A stretch of 60,531 bases of DNA from Candidatus Scatovivens sp. (GTDB lineage: Bacteria > Bacillota > Clostridia > TANB77 > CAG-508). The stretch spans positions 1-60,531 of the forward strand of contig JAZRKN010000002.1 of assembly GCA_045646345.1 (NCBI GenBank), given 5' to 3'. The position numbers and the translations under genes are program-made. This document shows, piece after piece, positions 11,268-20,866 of the stretch (position 1 is the stretch's first letter; the number at the start of each line of letters is the position of its first letter). Under the pieces are notes generated by a model that was not told where the DNA came from, made no database searches, and saw nothing but the letters and a program-made list of their open reading frames with translations.

Positions 11268-11378
11268 AATCTTGTGTACCTCTTCTTTGTTATTTTATCA
11301 ATACTACATAAATATTTCAATCATTTTTAGTAAAAAGAATATCTCATTTGTGTGACAAAAAATAGCAAAAAGCAAAAC

Positions 11379-11408
11379 AAAAAAGATAGAGGTTTCTCTA
11401 TCTTTTTT
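11379..11408. terminator. Intrinsic terminator downstream of deaminase gene
   Basis: aaaaaagatagag-gttt-ctctatctttttt perfect hairpin. Confidence 0.85.
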
Positions 11409-11429
11409 TATAAACTCAAATATATACTA

Positions 11430-13967
11430 TTAATCATTATAGTCGTCTATTTTTATTTCTGGGTAATCAGCAAAAATTGCACTCGCTAAATCATCTTTTA
11501 CTTTAAATTCTTTTACATACCCTCCAAGAGAGTTTGCTTTATCTTTTAAAGCTTCTACATCCGAATTAACATATATTTTTGCTTTTCCTTTTCCGTTTTT
11601 TGCTTCTTGAACTAGATTTGATACTGGTGAATTTCCATCGAATGCAACTACTATTGAATTTCTTCTTTCAAAAATTTCGTAATTAAAGCTTTTATAAATT
11701 CCCATTTCTTCTCTTTCTGTTGAAATTCTAATTCCATTAATATTTTCTTTTAATAAATTATCAACTTCTTCTGCAGAAACTTCTTTTGGAACAATCGCAC
11801 TAATTTCAAAATTTTTGTTAAGTTCTTTTGCAGCATCCAAAACAGCCTTTTCATAACCATTTACTTTATGACCAACTACAAAATAAACTTTTTCATCATC
11901 TAAATTTTCTACTAATCTTCTAATTGCATTTCTTCCATTTTCATCTAATATTGTCTCTCTATTTTTAGCATTAAAACTTCCTCCAGCTATAACAATTGGG
12001 ATTTTATTTTCTGGAAGCATTTTAATTTTTCCTTTTAATTTAGCTTCAGAATCAATTTTATCACTAATTCTCATTTCAACTGTATTGTCTTTACTTGCTT
12101 CTATATTTTTTTGTTCTAATTCTAAAATTGCTTCTCTTAATGTTCTGCCCGCTAAAAATTTTTCAAATCTTTTTGTTTTTTCTTCAAAATATTTTTCTCT
12201 ATCGCTAATTATTTCATCTTCAACTTTTCTCATCTTAGCAAAATCATTATCATCTAATCCTAATAAATTATGAAGAGCTAATTGTTCATCAATTGTATCA
12301 CTACCATAGAATCCACATCCATCAGTACCTTGAACACATCTAACACCAGCTTCTAAATATTGTTTTAATGGATGTCTTTCAATATCAGTTAAATTATTCA
12401 ATCTAACATTAGAAGTTAATTGGAATTCTAAAATAGCTCTTGTTTTTACCATCTCTTCCATTAATTCTTTACCTTCTTTAGTATTTAGATCCGCAGTATA
12501 TAATCCGTGACCTAATCTAAATCTCGGCATTTTTTGTCCTGGTTTTAATGCAGATTTAATACATTCAATTGATTTTGCAACATTATCTCTTAAACAATCA
12601 TTTTCACCAGCATGGATTCTCACTGTAAATCCTTCATCTTCTGTTACTGCATATTGAACTAATTCATCTATTGCTGGTTTTAAATCAGCGATATCATTAA
12701 TTTCTTCACCAATAAAATCACTTCCTACAACATATGGACTTTTAGCAACAGCTTTTAAAACATCAATATTCTCTCTTAAATAATTGCTTGCTGTTTTTTG
12801 ATCTCTTATTATTGTTAAAGGAACTCTTCTTAATCCAACTAATAATCTAATTGAAACTCCAGTTTCTTTTTTGATTTTTGGAAATAATTCATGAACTTCT
12901 TCTAATAATTTTATAGCAGGTTCTCCTGCTTTTGTTAAATCAGTATCAGTTATTTCTGTATATGAAATGTGTTGTTTTTGATATTCTCTTGCAATCCATA
13001 AATATTTATCTTGTCTTAAACTATTATTCTCATATGGACTACCTGATTTTTTATCTTCTAATATTCTTTTAACATAAGAAACAATATCTTTTTCCGGAAT
13101 TGCTTCTATTTTTTTATTTACTAATTTTATTTTATCTTCAGATATTTTTGCTTTACAAAATACATATCTGTAAATATAAACTTTCTCTAAATTTGTAAAT
13201 ACAGATTGACCATCTTTTAAAAGTGCCAAACTATTTCTTATTTTTGAAATATTTTCTTCTGCATTTTCTAAGTTATTTAAAATTAAATCAGCAAAATTTA
13301 TATATGTATTATCATCAATTTTTCTTGTTAAATATTTTCCTTCTAAACCAGAATTCTCATATTCTTTTTCTACTGGTTTTCTTGATTGCATAATTGCTTT
13401 TTCTTGTTTTGATGTTAATTTTAATCCTAATTTTTTAATATAGTATAATGGATATTTTGCTTGATGAACAATTCCAAGAGCAATTAATACATCTGGAGTC
13501 AGATTTGCATTCATATGAGTATGTAAGTCTGTTTTAAATTTTGATTTTTTGAAAATATAAGATTTAACAATTGTTTTTTTGATATCAAATTTGTAATCTT
13601 TTGTTTGAGACATTAAAGTTTTTGAAATTGCTGGAATTTTTGCTTTTACTTCAATTCTGTTTGAATAAATATTTGCAATTTTCATGCCAGCCAATCTAAA
13701 AATATATACATCTTCATTATCAGCATTTATTGATGCTGGAATTACACCTTTGATTATTTTTAAACCATTTTCTGGATCTCTTTCATATTCTATTCCAGAA
13801 ATTCTAGCTAAATTTGAAATTAAATTTCCACTTTTATGATTTGGAGTTCTTATAATATATGTAAGTTCATCAGGTATTTTTCCTCTATATAATTCAACTA
13901 CAATATCTTTTTCTTTATCCATGTAGAACTTATTAACGTATGTTAATTTTTCCATTATTATAAACAC
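11430..13967 (-). CDS. Adenosine/AMP deaminase-family protein with C-terminal SLOG-like domain
   Basis: DLHTH, IHAGE, RLGHG, GTD amidohydrolase metal motifs; C-terminal 200 aa with IVIAGGS, FVVGH..G.EKAV, IVVAFDG pattern. Confidence 0.8.
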   Translation of the reverse strand: MFIIMEKLTYVNKFYMDKEKDIVVELYRGKIPDELTYIIRTPNHKSGNLISNLARISGIEYERDPENGLKIIKGVIPASINADNEDVYIFRLAGMKIANIYSNRIEVKAKIPAISKTLMSQTKDYKFDIKKTIVKSYIFKKSKFKTDLHTHMNANLTPDVLIALGIVHQAKYPLYYIKKLGLKLTSKQEKAIMQSRKPVEKEYENSGLEGKYLTRKIDDNTYINFADLILNNLENAEENISKIRNSLALLKDGQSVFTNLEKVYIYRYVFCKAKISEDKIKLVNKKIEAIPEKDIVSYVKRILEDKKSGSPYENNSLRQDKYLWIAREYQKQHISYTEITDTDLTKAGEPAIKLLEEVHELFPKIKKETGVSIRLLVGLRRVPLTIIRDQKTASNYLRENIDVLKAVAKSPYVVGSDFIGEEINDIADLKPAIDELVQYAVTEDEGFTVRIHAGENDCLRDNVAKSIECIKSALKPGQKMPRFRLGHGLYTADLNTKEGKELMEEMVKTRAILEFQLTSNVRLNNLTDIERHPLKQYLEAGVRCVQGTDGCGFYGSDTIDEQLALHNLLGLDDNDFAKMRKVEDEIISDREKYFEEKTKRFEKFLAGRTLREAILELEQKNIEASKDNTVEMRISDKIDSEAKLKGKIKMLPENKIPIVIAGGSFNAKNRETILDENGRNAIRRLVENLDDEKVYFVVGHKVNGYEKAVLDAAKELNKNFEISAIVPKEVSAEEVDNLLKENINGIRISTEREEMGIYKSFNYEIFERRNSIVVAFDGNSPVSNLVQEAKNGKGKAKIYVNSDVEALKDKANSLGGYVKEFKVKDDLASAIFADYPEIKIDDYND

Positions 13968-14167
13968 TCTCCTTTTCTTTTTATCTTTTTAAACTTGTTA
14001 ATTCTATATTATAACAGAAAAGACGCATCAATTCAAGTAAAACCAAGCAATTTATGTAAATTTCTTGTGAACAAACCTTAAAATTTCAAAAACAACCATT
14101 CTATAAGCAAAAAAATATTAATATTTATAAAAAGAGCCACTTTATTTTATATAAAGCAGCTCACATT

Positions 14168-14953
14168 TTATTTACATTTTTCATCCACATAACTTATCGC
14201 TAATTTTCTCATATTTGAAATTTTTTCAATTGTATCCGGATTTTTATAATTAATTCTATCAAAACATTTATTTATCAAATCATTATCTTTTAAATATTTT
14301 AATGACTCATCAAAATTATAATCAAATATAAACGCAATATACGCACTCCATCTATCAAGTGGTGTCTTTGTATCTCCATATTTTATAAGTGATTTTTTCA
14401 TAAATGTATTATAAATTTCATCAGTTATTTTTTCATTACTTATTGATTCTACATCATCAGTTCCAAGTAGTACTTTAAAACTCTCTGTAAGTTTTACTCT
14501 AAAATTATCAGTTTTGTCATTATCTCTGATTAATTTTGCATGTAATAATTCTTTTTCAGATAATCCCTCTTCAATATCAATTCTATTATGATTTAAAATA
14601 GCTTTATAAATTATATTGTCATACTTATCATCTTCAATAAATCTTCTAATCATATTATCTTCAAACAATACTTTACAACCATATATTGCATGATCAAAAA
14701 GTACTGCATCTGCATTATCGTATACATCATTGTTACCTTTAGATTGTTCAAATCTCCCTATGTCGTGAAGAAGTGCAATTAATCTTGAAAGATTTGTATC
14801 TTCTTCACTTAAATTTAATTCTTTAGCCAAATATTCACTAGCTTTTACAACTCCATATGTATGAGTTACTTTTAGTGCAACTTTTTCGCTATCTGTATCA
14901 TATTCTTTTAAATATTCTTTAAATGCCTTTTCAGCTTTTATAATATCTATCAT
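14168..14953 (-). CDS. HD-domain phosphohydrolase
   Basis: H...LLHDIGRF...DHA...NHN...RDNDK. Confidence 0.9.
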   Translation of the reverse strand: MIDIIKAEKAFKEYLKEYDTDSEKVALKVTHTYGVVKASEYLAKELNLSEEDTNLSRLIALLHDIGRFEQSKGNNDVYDNADAVLFDHAIYGCKVLFEDNMIRRFIEDDKYDNIIYKAILNHNRIDIEEGLSEKELLHAKLIRDNDKTDNFRVKLTESFKVLLGTDDVESISNEKITDEIYNTFMKKSLIKYGDTKTPLDRWSAYIAFIFDYNFDESLKYLKDNDLINKCFDRINYKNPDTIEKISNMRKLAISYVDEKCK

Positions 14954-14973
14954 TTTATTATATCAATTCTCCT

Positions 14974-15705
14974 TTAAATATTTTGTGCCCAAAAATCTTG
15001 CCATAATGTTTTTGGGTTTTTATAAATAACATTTCCCTCTTCATCTATAATAAATTCAATATATATAGTAAATCTTTTTTTACCGTTCCCATCCAATACT
15101 AATTCATATTTTCCTGCGTTCAAATTATCATTATGTTCTTGAAAATCGCATTCTCCAGTAAGTTCGAATATTTTTTCATTAGATTCATCAATTAAAGTAC
15201 ATTTATTTTTAAACTCAAAAATATTTTCTCTTGATTCTTTTTCGTATATGTAATATTTGTATTCCATATCATATTCATATGGCAATTCATTTGTATCAAT
15301 GATCGAAAATTTTATCTTGTCTTTTGTAAATTCTTCAATATTTATTGTCTTTTTTTCCATTGAACTATTTGCATATCTTAATACATCTATTGGTATTTCT
15401 ACCTCTGTCTTTTCTTTTAAAATCTTTATTTTATCTGCATAAATTTTACCAGGATATGTTGTTTCTGTAAATCCATCATAATAAACCAAAATTTCTTGTC
15501 CAATTTCAAATTCATTACTCTCTATTTTTTTCAAATCCACTATAAGAATAGATTCATCAAACTTCATAATAGTTAATAATGTTTCATTTATCTTTATAAT
15601 AATCCCTTTTTCTGTAACTTTTTTTTTATTAATAAAAACAAATATTATAGCCAAAAAAACAATTAATATAGCTAATGCTAATAAAACTTTAGTATATTTT
15701 TTCAT
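14974..15705 (-). CDS. Membrane-anchored YobA/DUF3221-like protein
   Basis: N-terminal TM helix, IGQEILVYYDG..TTYPGKI pattern, beta-rich C-terminal domain. Confidence 0.6.
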   Translation of the reverse strand: MKKYTKVLLALAILIVFLAIIFVFINKKKVTEKGIIIKINETLLTIMKFDESILIVDLKKIESNEFEIGQEILVYYDGFTETTYPGKIYADKIKILKEKTEVEIPIDVLRYANSSMEKKTINIEEFTKDKIKFSIIDTNELPYEYDMEYKYYIYEKESRENIFEFKNKCTLIDESNEKIFELTGECDFQEHNDNLNAGKYELVLDGNGKKRFTIYIEFIIDEEGNVIYKNPKTLWQDFWAQNI

Positions 15706-15830
15706 ACATTTTCTCCTTTTGATAAAATTACATTATTACGATACCATAAAAAAACATAATTATCAATAAAACAAAAAACATCATATTAAAGTGTTTTTAT
15801 ACTTTAATATAATGTTTTAATTTTATAAAT

Positions 15831-16589
15831 TTATAGTTTAAAAAAGATTTTCTTCTTATTTAAATCTTCTTTTGAACCTGCAGCTTCAATCATAAGACTT
15901 TCATTTTGTTCTTTTTCTAATCTATTTGAAATAGTAAGCATGTTTTCATCTATACTATTTATAATTTTCGCATATTTAATTAATTTACTTGATTCAGCCT
16001 TTGTTATTTTTGAATTTTTATATTTTAACTTATGTTCTAATGTAGCCCAGAAATCCATTCCTAAAGTTCTTAATTGAATTTCAACCTTAACATACATAAT
16101 CCCTGATGAAAAATTAACTGGAACCTCCACAACTAAGTGATAACTCATATAACCACTTTTCTTCGGATTCTTTAAGTAATCTTTTCTATTTAAAATTCTA
16201 ACATCTTGGAAATCTTCTATAATTTCAACTAATTTATATACATCTTTTTTAAAATTACATACAATTCTAATTCCTGCAATATCAGTTATTTCTTCAAACA
16301 TGTTTCCATATGTCAGAGCTAAATTTTTTCTTTTCAATTTTTCTAAAATACTTTCAGGCTTTTTTATTCTCATTGAAATATATTCTATTGGGTCATAATT
16401 TGAAAATATTTTTAGTTCTTCTTGCAAAATCTCCAGTTTTGTTTTTATTTCTTTTAATGCTGAATTATATAAAAACATCATTTTTTGGAAATTTTGATCA
16501 TTTATATCAATTGTTTCATTATTTACTAAATTGTTTTCCATTTTTATTAAATACTCGTTATCTTCACCAGTATTTTCGTTTTGTATCAT
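15831..16589 (-). CDS. Small alarmone synthetase (RelQ/RelP-like GTP pyrophosphokinase)
   Basis: RIKKPESI, DIAGIRI, SGYMSYH, EIQLRT, WATLEH. Confidence 0.93.
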   Translation of the reverse strand: MIQNENTGEDNEYLIKMENNLVNNETIDINDQNFQKMMFLYNSALKEIKTKLEILQEELKIFSNYDPIEYISMRIKKPESILEKLKRKNLALTYGNMFEEITDIAGIRIVCNFKKDVYKLVEIIEDFQDVRILNRKDYLKNPKKSGYMSYHLVVEVPVNFSSGIMYVKVEIQLRTLGMDFWATLEHKLKYKNSKITKAESSKLIKYAKIINSIDENMLTISNRLEKEQNESLMIEAAGSKEDLNKKKIFFKL

Positions 16590-16691
16590 TCAATCACCCT
16601 TTCTTTTGTTTATTTCCAAGTTAATTGTATATATAAATTATTAAATAAAAACTATATATTTGTAACTTTTGTGTGAACGTCAAACCTCAAC

Positions 16692-17249
16692 TTACACAAC
16701 TTTTACACCTGCTTGTGCCATCAATTTAAATGCCATTTCGTTATATTCTTCTCTTTTATGTGTTTCCGAATTAAATGTTTCTACAGCATTTTTAGGAACA
16801 ATAATTTCAATATTTCTATTTTTTTGATTAAAATAATTATTTAATGGAATCGCTAAATTCAAAACGCAAATATCTGTACAACATCCAACTATTGTAACTT
16901 GTTTTAAGTTTTTCATATTATCCACATCACTTAAAAATGCTTCTGCATACATAGCACTCGTTGAATTTTTTTCATAAGTGTTATCATTTGTTCCATATTT
17001 TTTCAATTCTTCTACTAATTCAGATTCGCTTGTTCCTTTTAAACAATGAATTGGATACGAATTAAATTCTATAGCATCTTTTTCATGACAATCTTTTATA
17101 AAAATAGTTCCATCTATATTTTGTCTTACAAGATTTTCTATGTTTCCAATTATATTTTCGATATAACTATCAGCCATAGCACCTTCCCTTATAAACCCAT
17201 TTACCATATCTACAACAATCAATAATTTTTCTGTATCTTTATTTATCAT
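16692..17249 (-). CDS. Isochorismatase-family cysteine hydrolase (nicotinamidase-like)
   Basis: VVDMVNGF, DCH, HC..GT, GCCTDICV; start moved to ATG 17249 behind GGAGG. Confidence 0.88.
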   Translation of the reverse strand: MINKDTEKLLIVVDMVNGFIREGAMADSYIENIIGNIENLVRQNIDGTIFIKDCHEKDAIEFNSYPIHCLKGTSESELVEELKKYGTNDNTYEKNSTSAMYAEAFLSDVDNMKNLKQVTIVGCCTDICVLNLAIPLNNYFNQKNRNIEIIVPKNAVETFNSETHKREEYNEMAFKLMAQAGVKVV

Positions 17250-17266
17250 AATATCCCTCCTAAAAA

Positions 17267-18556
17267 TTATATAACAAACACAAATAATCCTATACTCATA
17301 ATACAAGTTATTAATGTTGAAATAAAAACTTGTATTTTTAAAAATTTATTTTTTTCTTCTTGCATTCCCTTTGCAATCATAATACTTGCTATTGATATAG
17401 GAATCAGCATATATCTTGAGTGCATTGAACAAGTATATGGCATTTGAATGTTTAAAAAGAAATAGAATGCCCACCAAGAAGCAAAAGTTACTATTAATAT
17501 TTTTTCTTTTTTTATATTTTTTATCAAAAAATATATTGCATCAAAAATCAAAGTAATAACAAGAACTACCATCACTTTAATATATACACTATATTCCAAA
17601 ACTAATCCAAAATTCAAAGATGAATATATTAAATAATTCCAAATATTTACTCCGCTCATTTTTAATGGAGTTGAAATTCCAAATCTTGCCCAAACACTCT
17701 CATTTTCGATACTGAAAGTATCATATGGCGCTATAATCCCTAAAGCAAATGTTCCTCTCATAAAATTAAATATTTGAAACCAAAAACCTAATATTCCTGC
17801 AACAATCGAAACAATTAATAATTCTAAAATTAATTTTCCTACCTTTTGATTCGAATTCACAAATTCAACCAACTTCTTAAAGAAAACATAAGCAGCAGGA
17901 ACTAACATTACATACATAGATGACTTTGTCATAAGTCCAAAGCCTAATGTTATTGCAATTACAAGAGTATTTTTAATATTTGGATTTTTATACCATTTTA
18001 TTAAATACAACAAACAAATTATTCCAAACATAGATACTAACTGGTCATTATTCAATGAACCTGAAAAATAAATATACAATGGATAAAATCCAAATAATAA
18101 CATTGGAATTATTTTATACTTATTTTCAATTTGTAATTCTTTTAATATCTTATACAAAGTTACTAAGATAATTACAGAATACACTAAAGAAACTATTTGC
18201 ATACTTTCTAATTTTAATTCTGGATTTTCTGAAAACAAATCCATACATTTAAGCCAGTTAGACATCAAAAAATGATGTAATGGTGGATGATAAAATTGTC
18301 CAATTATCTCAAGTGGTAATGTTCCAAAAGTATATAAATGCATTATATAATTAATATGTCTTGCTTCATTATAACCTTCTGAAAAATTTTTATATATCCC
18401 ATCATAATCCAATTCTAAATTTATCATTGGTTCCTTTTCTACGCCAAAATCAAATTGAAATTGAGCTATATTAAATTTTGAAACAAAAAATATTCTTAAG
18501 CAAATTGCTAATATAAATATAATAATTAAAATAATTTGATACTTATCTTTTTTCAT
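17267..18556 (-). CDS. GT39/PMT-like membrane glycosyltransferase
   Basis: YHPPLHH, NNDQL, MTK, RY motifs, many TM helices; start at ATG 18556 behind AGGAG. Confidence 0.7.
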   Translation of the reverse strand: MKKDKYQIILIIIFILAICLRIFFVSKFNIAQFQFDFGVEKEPMINLELDYDGIYKNFSEGYNEARHINYIMHLYTFGTLPLEIIGQFYHPPLHHFLMSNWLKCMDLFSENPELKLESMQIVSLVYSVIILVTLYKILKELQIENKYKIIPMLLFGFYPLYIYFSGSLNNDQLVSMFGIICLLYLIKWYKNPNIKNTLVIAITLGFGLMTKSSMYVMLVPAAYVFFKKLVEFVNSNQKVGKLILELLIVSIVAGILGFWFQIFNFMRGTFALGIIAPYDTFSIENESVWARFGISTPLKMSGVNIWNYLIYSSLNFGLVLEYSVYIKVMVVLVITLIFDAIYFLIKNIKKEKILIVTFASWWAFYFFLNIQMPYTCSMHSRYMLIPISIASIMIAKGMQEEKNKFLKIQVFISTLITCIMSIGLFVFVI

Positions 18557-18584
18557 TTCGTCTCCTAATTTCAAACTTCACTAT

Positions 18585-19202
18585 CTATTCCATTTGTTTT
18601 AAAACACTTTCTACTATAAATTCAACAACTTTACTATCTTTAGTCGCATCATTTCTTTTGGTACTTTTCTTTTCCTCATCTGTTAATTCTACTAAATATT
18701 TATTAAATTCTGGAATTATAGCAATAGAGTCTAGTGGATATCCTGGATTTCTCATGTTTGAAGCTTTATCCACAAAATAAAAATGGCTTTTACTCCAAGT
18801 ATGTTCTTTCACACCTTGTGGTCCATATACAACCATTCCATACACCCATTTAGCTGTTAATTTCCCACCATTTTCTTTCACTAAATTTGTATAATATTCA
18901 ATCATTTCTTCATCTGTTAATTCTTTTCCGTTTATTCTTCTCACATGAGTTCCTGGTTGTTTTTCTTCTGGAAGTTCCTCAATAAATAAGGTATTATCCA
19001 TTCCAATTGAAATTATTCCCGTTTCATCATAATATGCTTTAGCTTTTATATAAGCATTTTCTAAGCAATTTTTTCCATTTTCTTCAGGTTTCAAATTCAA
19101 ATCTAAATCTTTTAAAGTTATTAACTCTATATTTTTCTTTTCTAATTCTTCTTTATATTTTCCCACTTTCGCAGGATTAGTTGTTGCAAATAAAACTTTC
19201 AT
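18585..19202 (-). CDS. Ham1/ITPase-like non-canonical NTP pyrophosphatase (divergent)
   Basis: FATTNPAK, E.G....ENA..KA, D, PG motifs; start at ATG 19202. Confidence 0.8.
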   Translation of the reverse strand: MKVLFATTNPAKVGKYKEELEKKNIELITLKDLDLNLKPEENGKNCLENAYIKAKAYYDETGIISIGMDNTLFIEELPEEKQPGTHVRRINGKELTDEEMIEYYTNLVKENGGKLTAKWVYGMVVYGPQGVKEHTWSKSHFYFVDKASNMRNPGYPLDSIAIIPEFNKYLVELTDEEKKSTKRNDATKDSKVVEFIVESVLKQME

Positions 19203-19305
19203 TATAATTCTCCATTTTAATTCTTTTACATATTTTTTCAAATTGATTCTATCACACCACACAAAAAAAATAAAGTATGATAGAGATCATACTTTATTTT
19301 TTTAT

Positions 19306-19869
19306 TTATCTTACTTCTTTATTTTTTATAAAACTTTCTGTAAATTCTTCTGCTAAAATATCCATTGAAATAGTATCATAATATTTGCCATTAATATATT
19401 TCGATTTTCTCCAAACTCCGGCTTTCTTAAATCCACATTTTTCATAGCATTTTATAGCTCTTTCATTACAAGAAAATACATCTAATCTAATAGAATTTAA
19501 ATTCAAATAATTAAATGCAAAATCTAAAATCAATTTAATAGCTTCTGTTCCATAACCATTATTTCTATATTTTTCATTTCCAATAAATATCCCTAAAAGT
19601 CCTGTTCTGTTAGTATATTTAATATCCTCTATACTAACTGTACCAATCATTTCATCTTTTTCCAAATCAACAATTACAAATCCTACCGAATCATGATCTG
19701 GATTTTGCAAATATTTTCTTTCTGCATCTAACGTCATAACCACAGATGATCTACCTATATAATCTGTTATCCCAAAATCATTTAGCCATTCTGTAAATAT
19801 TTCAACATCTTCTGAATTTCTTGGTGATAAATAAATTCTTTCACCCACCAACTTTTTAAAATATTTCAT
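19306..19869 (-). CDS. RimJ/RimL-type GNAT acetyltransferase
   Basis: YRNNGYGTEA motif A, NERAIKCYEKCGF. Confidence 0.9.
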   Translation of the reverse strand: MKYFKKLVGERIYLSPRNSEDVEIFTEWLNDFGITDYIGRSSVVMTLDAERKYLQNPDHDSVGFVIVDLEKDEMIGTVSIEDIKYTNRTGLLGIFIGNEKYRNNGYGTEAIKLILDFAFNYLNLNSIRLDVFSCNERAIKCYEKCGFKKAGVWRKSKYINGKYYDTISMDILAEEFTESFIKNKEVR

Positions 19870-19875
19870 ATATTT

Positions 19876-20661
19876 CTACCTCTTTTCTATGATTTCTAAA
19901 ATGTGGGAACTATAGCCCAACAACTCCTTTCTCATACAATTTTTCAAATGATAATCAACATATAAAGCAAATTCTTCATCATCTAGATTATTTATATACT
20001 CTTGCATTTGTGGTGCAATTCCGTCTGCAGCAATCGTTTCCAATTGTTGCACATTAAAACCTGAAATTAATCTATTAAATTCATCTATTCTATATGTAGC
20101 AAAAATTTCTTCTTCTCTTTTCTCTAATTTCCAATTTTCATCGCAAAGATCTGGTAATCTTTTTAAATTTCCTTTTCTAACTCCGTACGATAAAACTACC
20201 GCATCATCTGTTATATAAGCTATTATTATCTTTCCATTTTTCTTTGTTACTCTTATGGATTCGTCTATAGCTTTTTTCGCGTCTTCTTCTGTATATAAAT
20301 GATATAGTGGGCCTAAAACCAAAGTAACATCAAAAGTATTATCTGCATACACACTCAAATCCAAACAATTTCCTTGTATTGCATTTACATCTAAGTCGTT
20401 TGTTAATTTAAATTTTAAAATATCCAAATTCTTTTTTATAAGTTCTACAGCATCTACTCTAAAACCTTTTTTGGCATAATGAATTGTGTATCTACCCGTC
20501 CCCGCTCCAATTTCTAATATTCTATCGCCTTCTTTTAAATATTTATCCACAAACTGAGTTGTAGTTATAAATTCGATAGTATGAGTCTTATCTCTAACAA
20601 GCCTTGATTCCTCATCATAATTATTGTAATAATTTTCCAAAAAATTTTCTTCATTATTCAT
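19876..20661 (-). CDS. Class I SAM-dependent methyltransferase
   Basis: ILEIGAGTGRY motif I, FD, GPLYHL. Confidence 0.92.
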   Translation of the reverse strand: MNNEENFLENYYNNYDEESRLVRDKTHTIEFITTTQFVDKYLKEGDRILEIGAGTGRYTIHYAKKGFRVDAVELIKKNLDILKFKLTNDLDVNAIQGNCLDLSVYADNTFDVTLVLGPLYHLYTEEDAKKAIDESIRVTKKNGKIIIAYITDDAVVLSYGVRKGNLKRLPDLCDENWKLEKREEEIFATYRIDEFNRLISGFNVQQLETIAADGIAPQMQEYINNLDDEEFALYVDYHLKNCMRKELLGYSSHILEIIEKR

Positions 20662-20830
20662 AATATATACCTCCTAAAACTAGGATTTCTTTAAAACAAA
20701 AAAGCCTCACAAAGAAATCCTCTTTAAGACTCCTTTGCAAGACTTTAATTTATGTCTTTCAAGTGTAGGTTGTTAGCCCTTTACCGCTCAGAGCATATAG
20801 GACGCTCCTAGATAAACTCTTAATTCATTG
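20662..20830 (-). promoter_or_regulatory. Structured 5' leader with internal intrinsic terminator (attenuator/riboswitch candidate)
   Basis: Promoter TTGACA(20864-20859)-17-TAAAAT(20841-20836); 15-bp stem with G-U pairs and U tract at 20746-20693 before the RBS. Confidence 0.65.
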
Positions 20831-20866
20831 CTGATATTTTATCATATAACAATTTTATTGTCAATT

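Noticed and set aside
15831-16589. Toxic alarmone synthetase (toxSAS) toxin-antitoxin module
   Set aside because: Sequence looks like ordinary RelQ/RelP and no coupled antitoxin ORF is evident
20740-20825. SAM-I riboswitch call
   Set aside because: Only fragments match; the kink-turn P2, the GGTGC strand closing P3 and P4 are not present, so it is left unassigned
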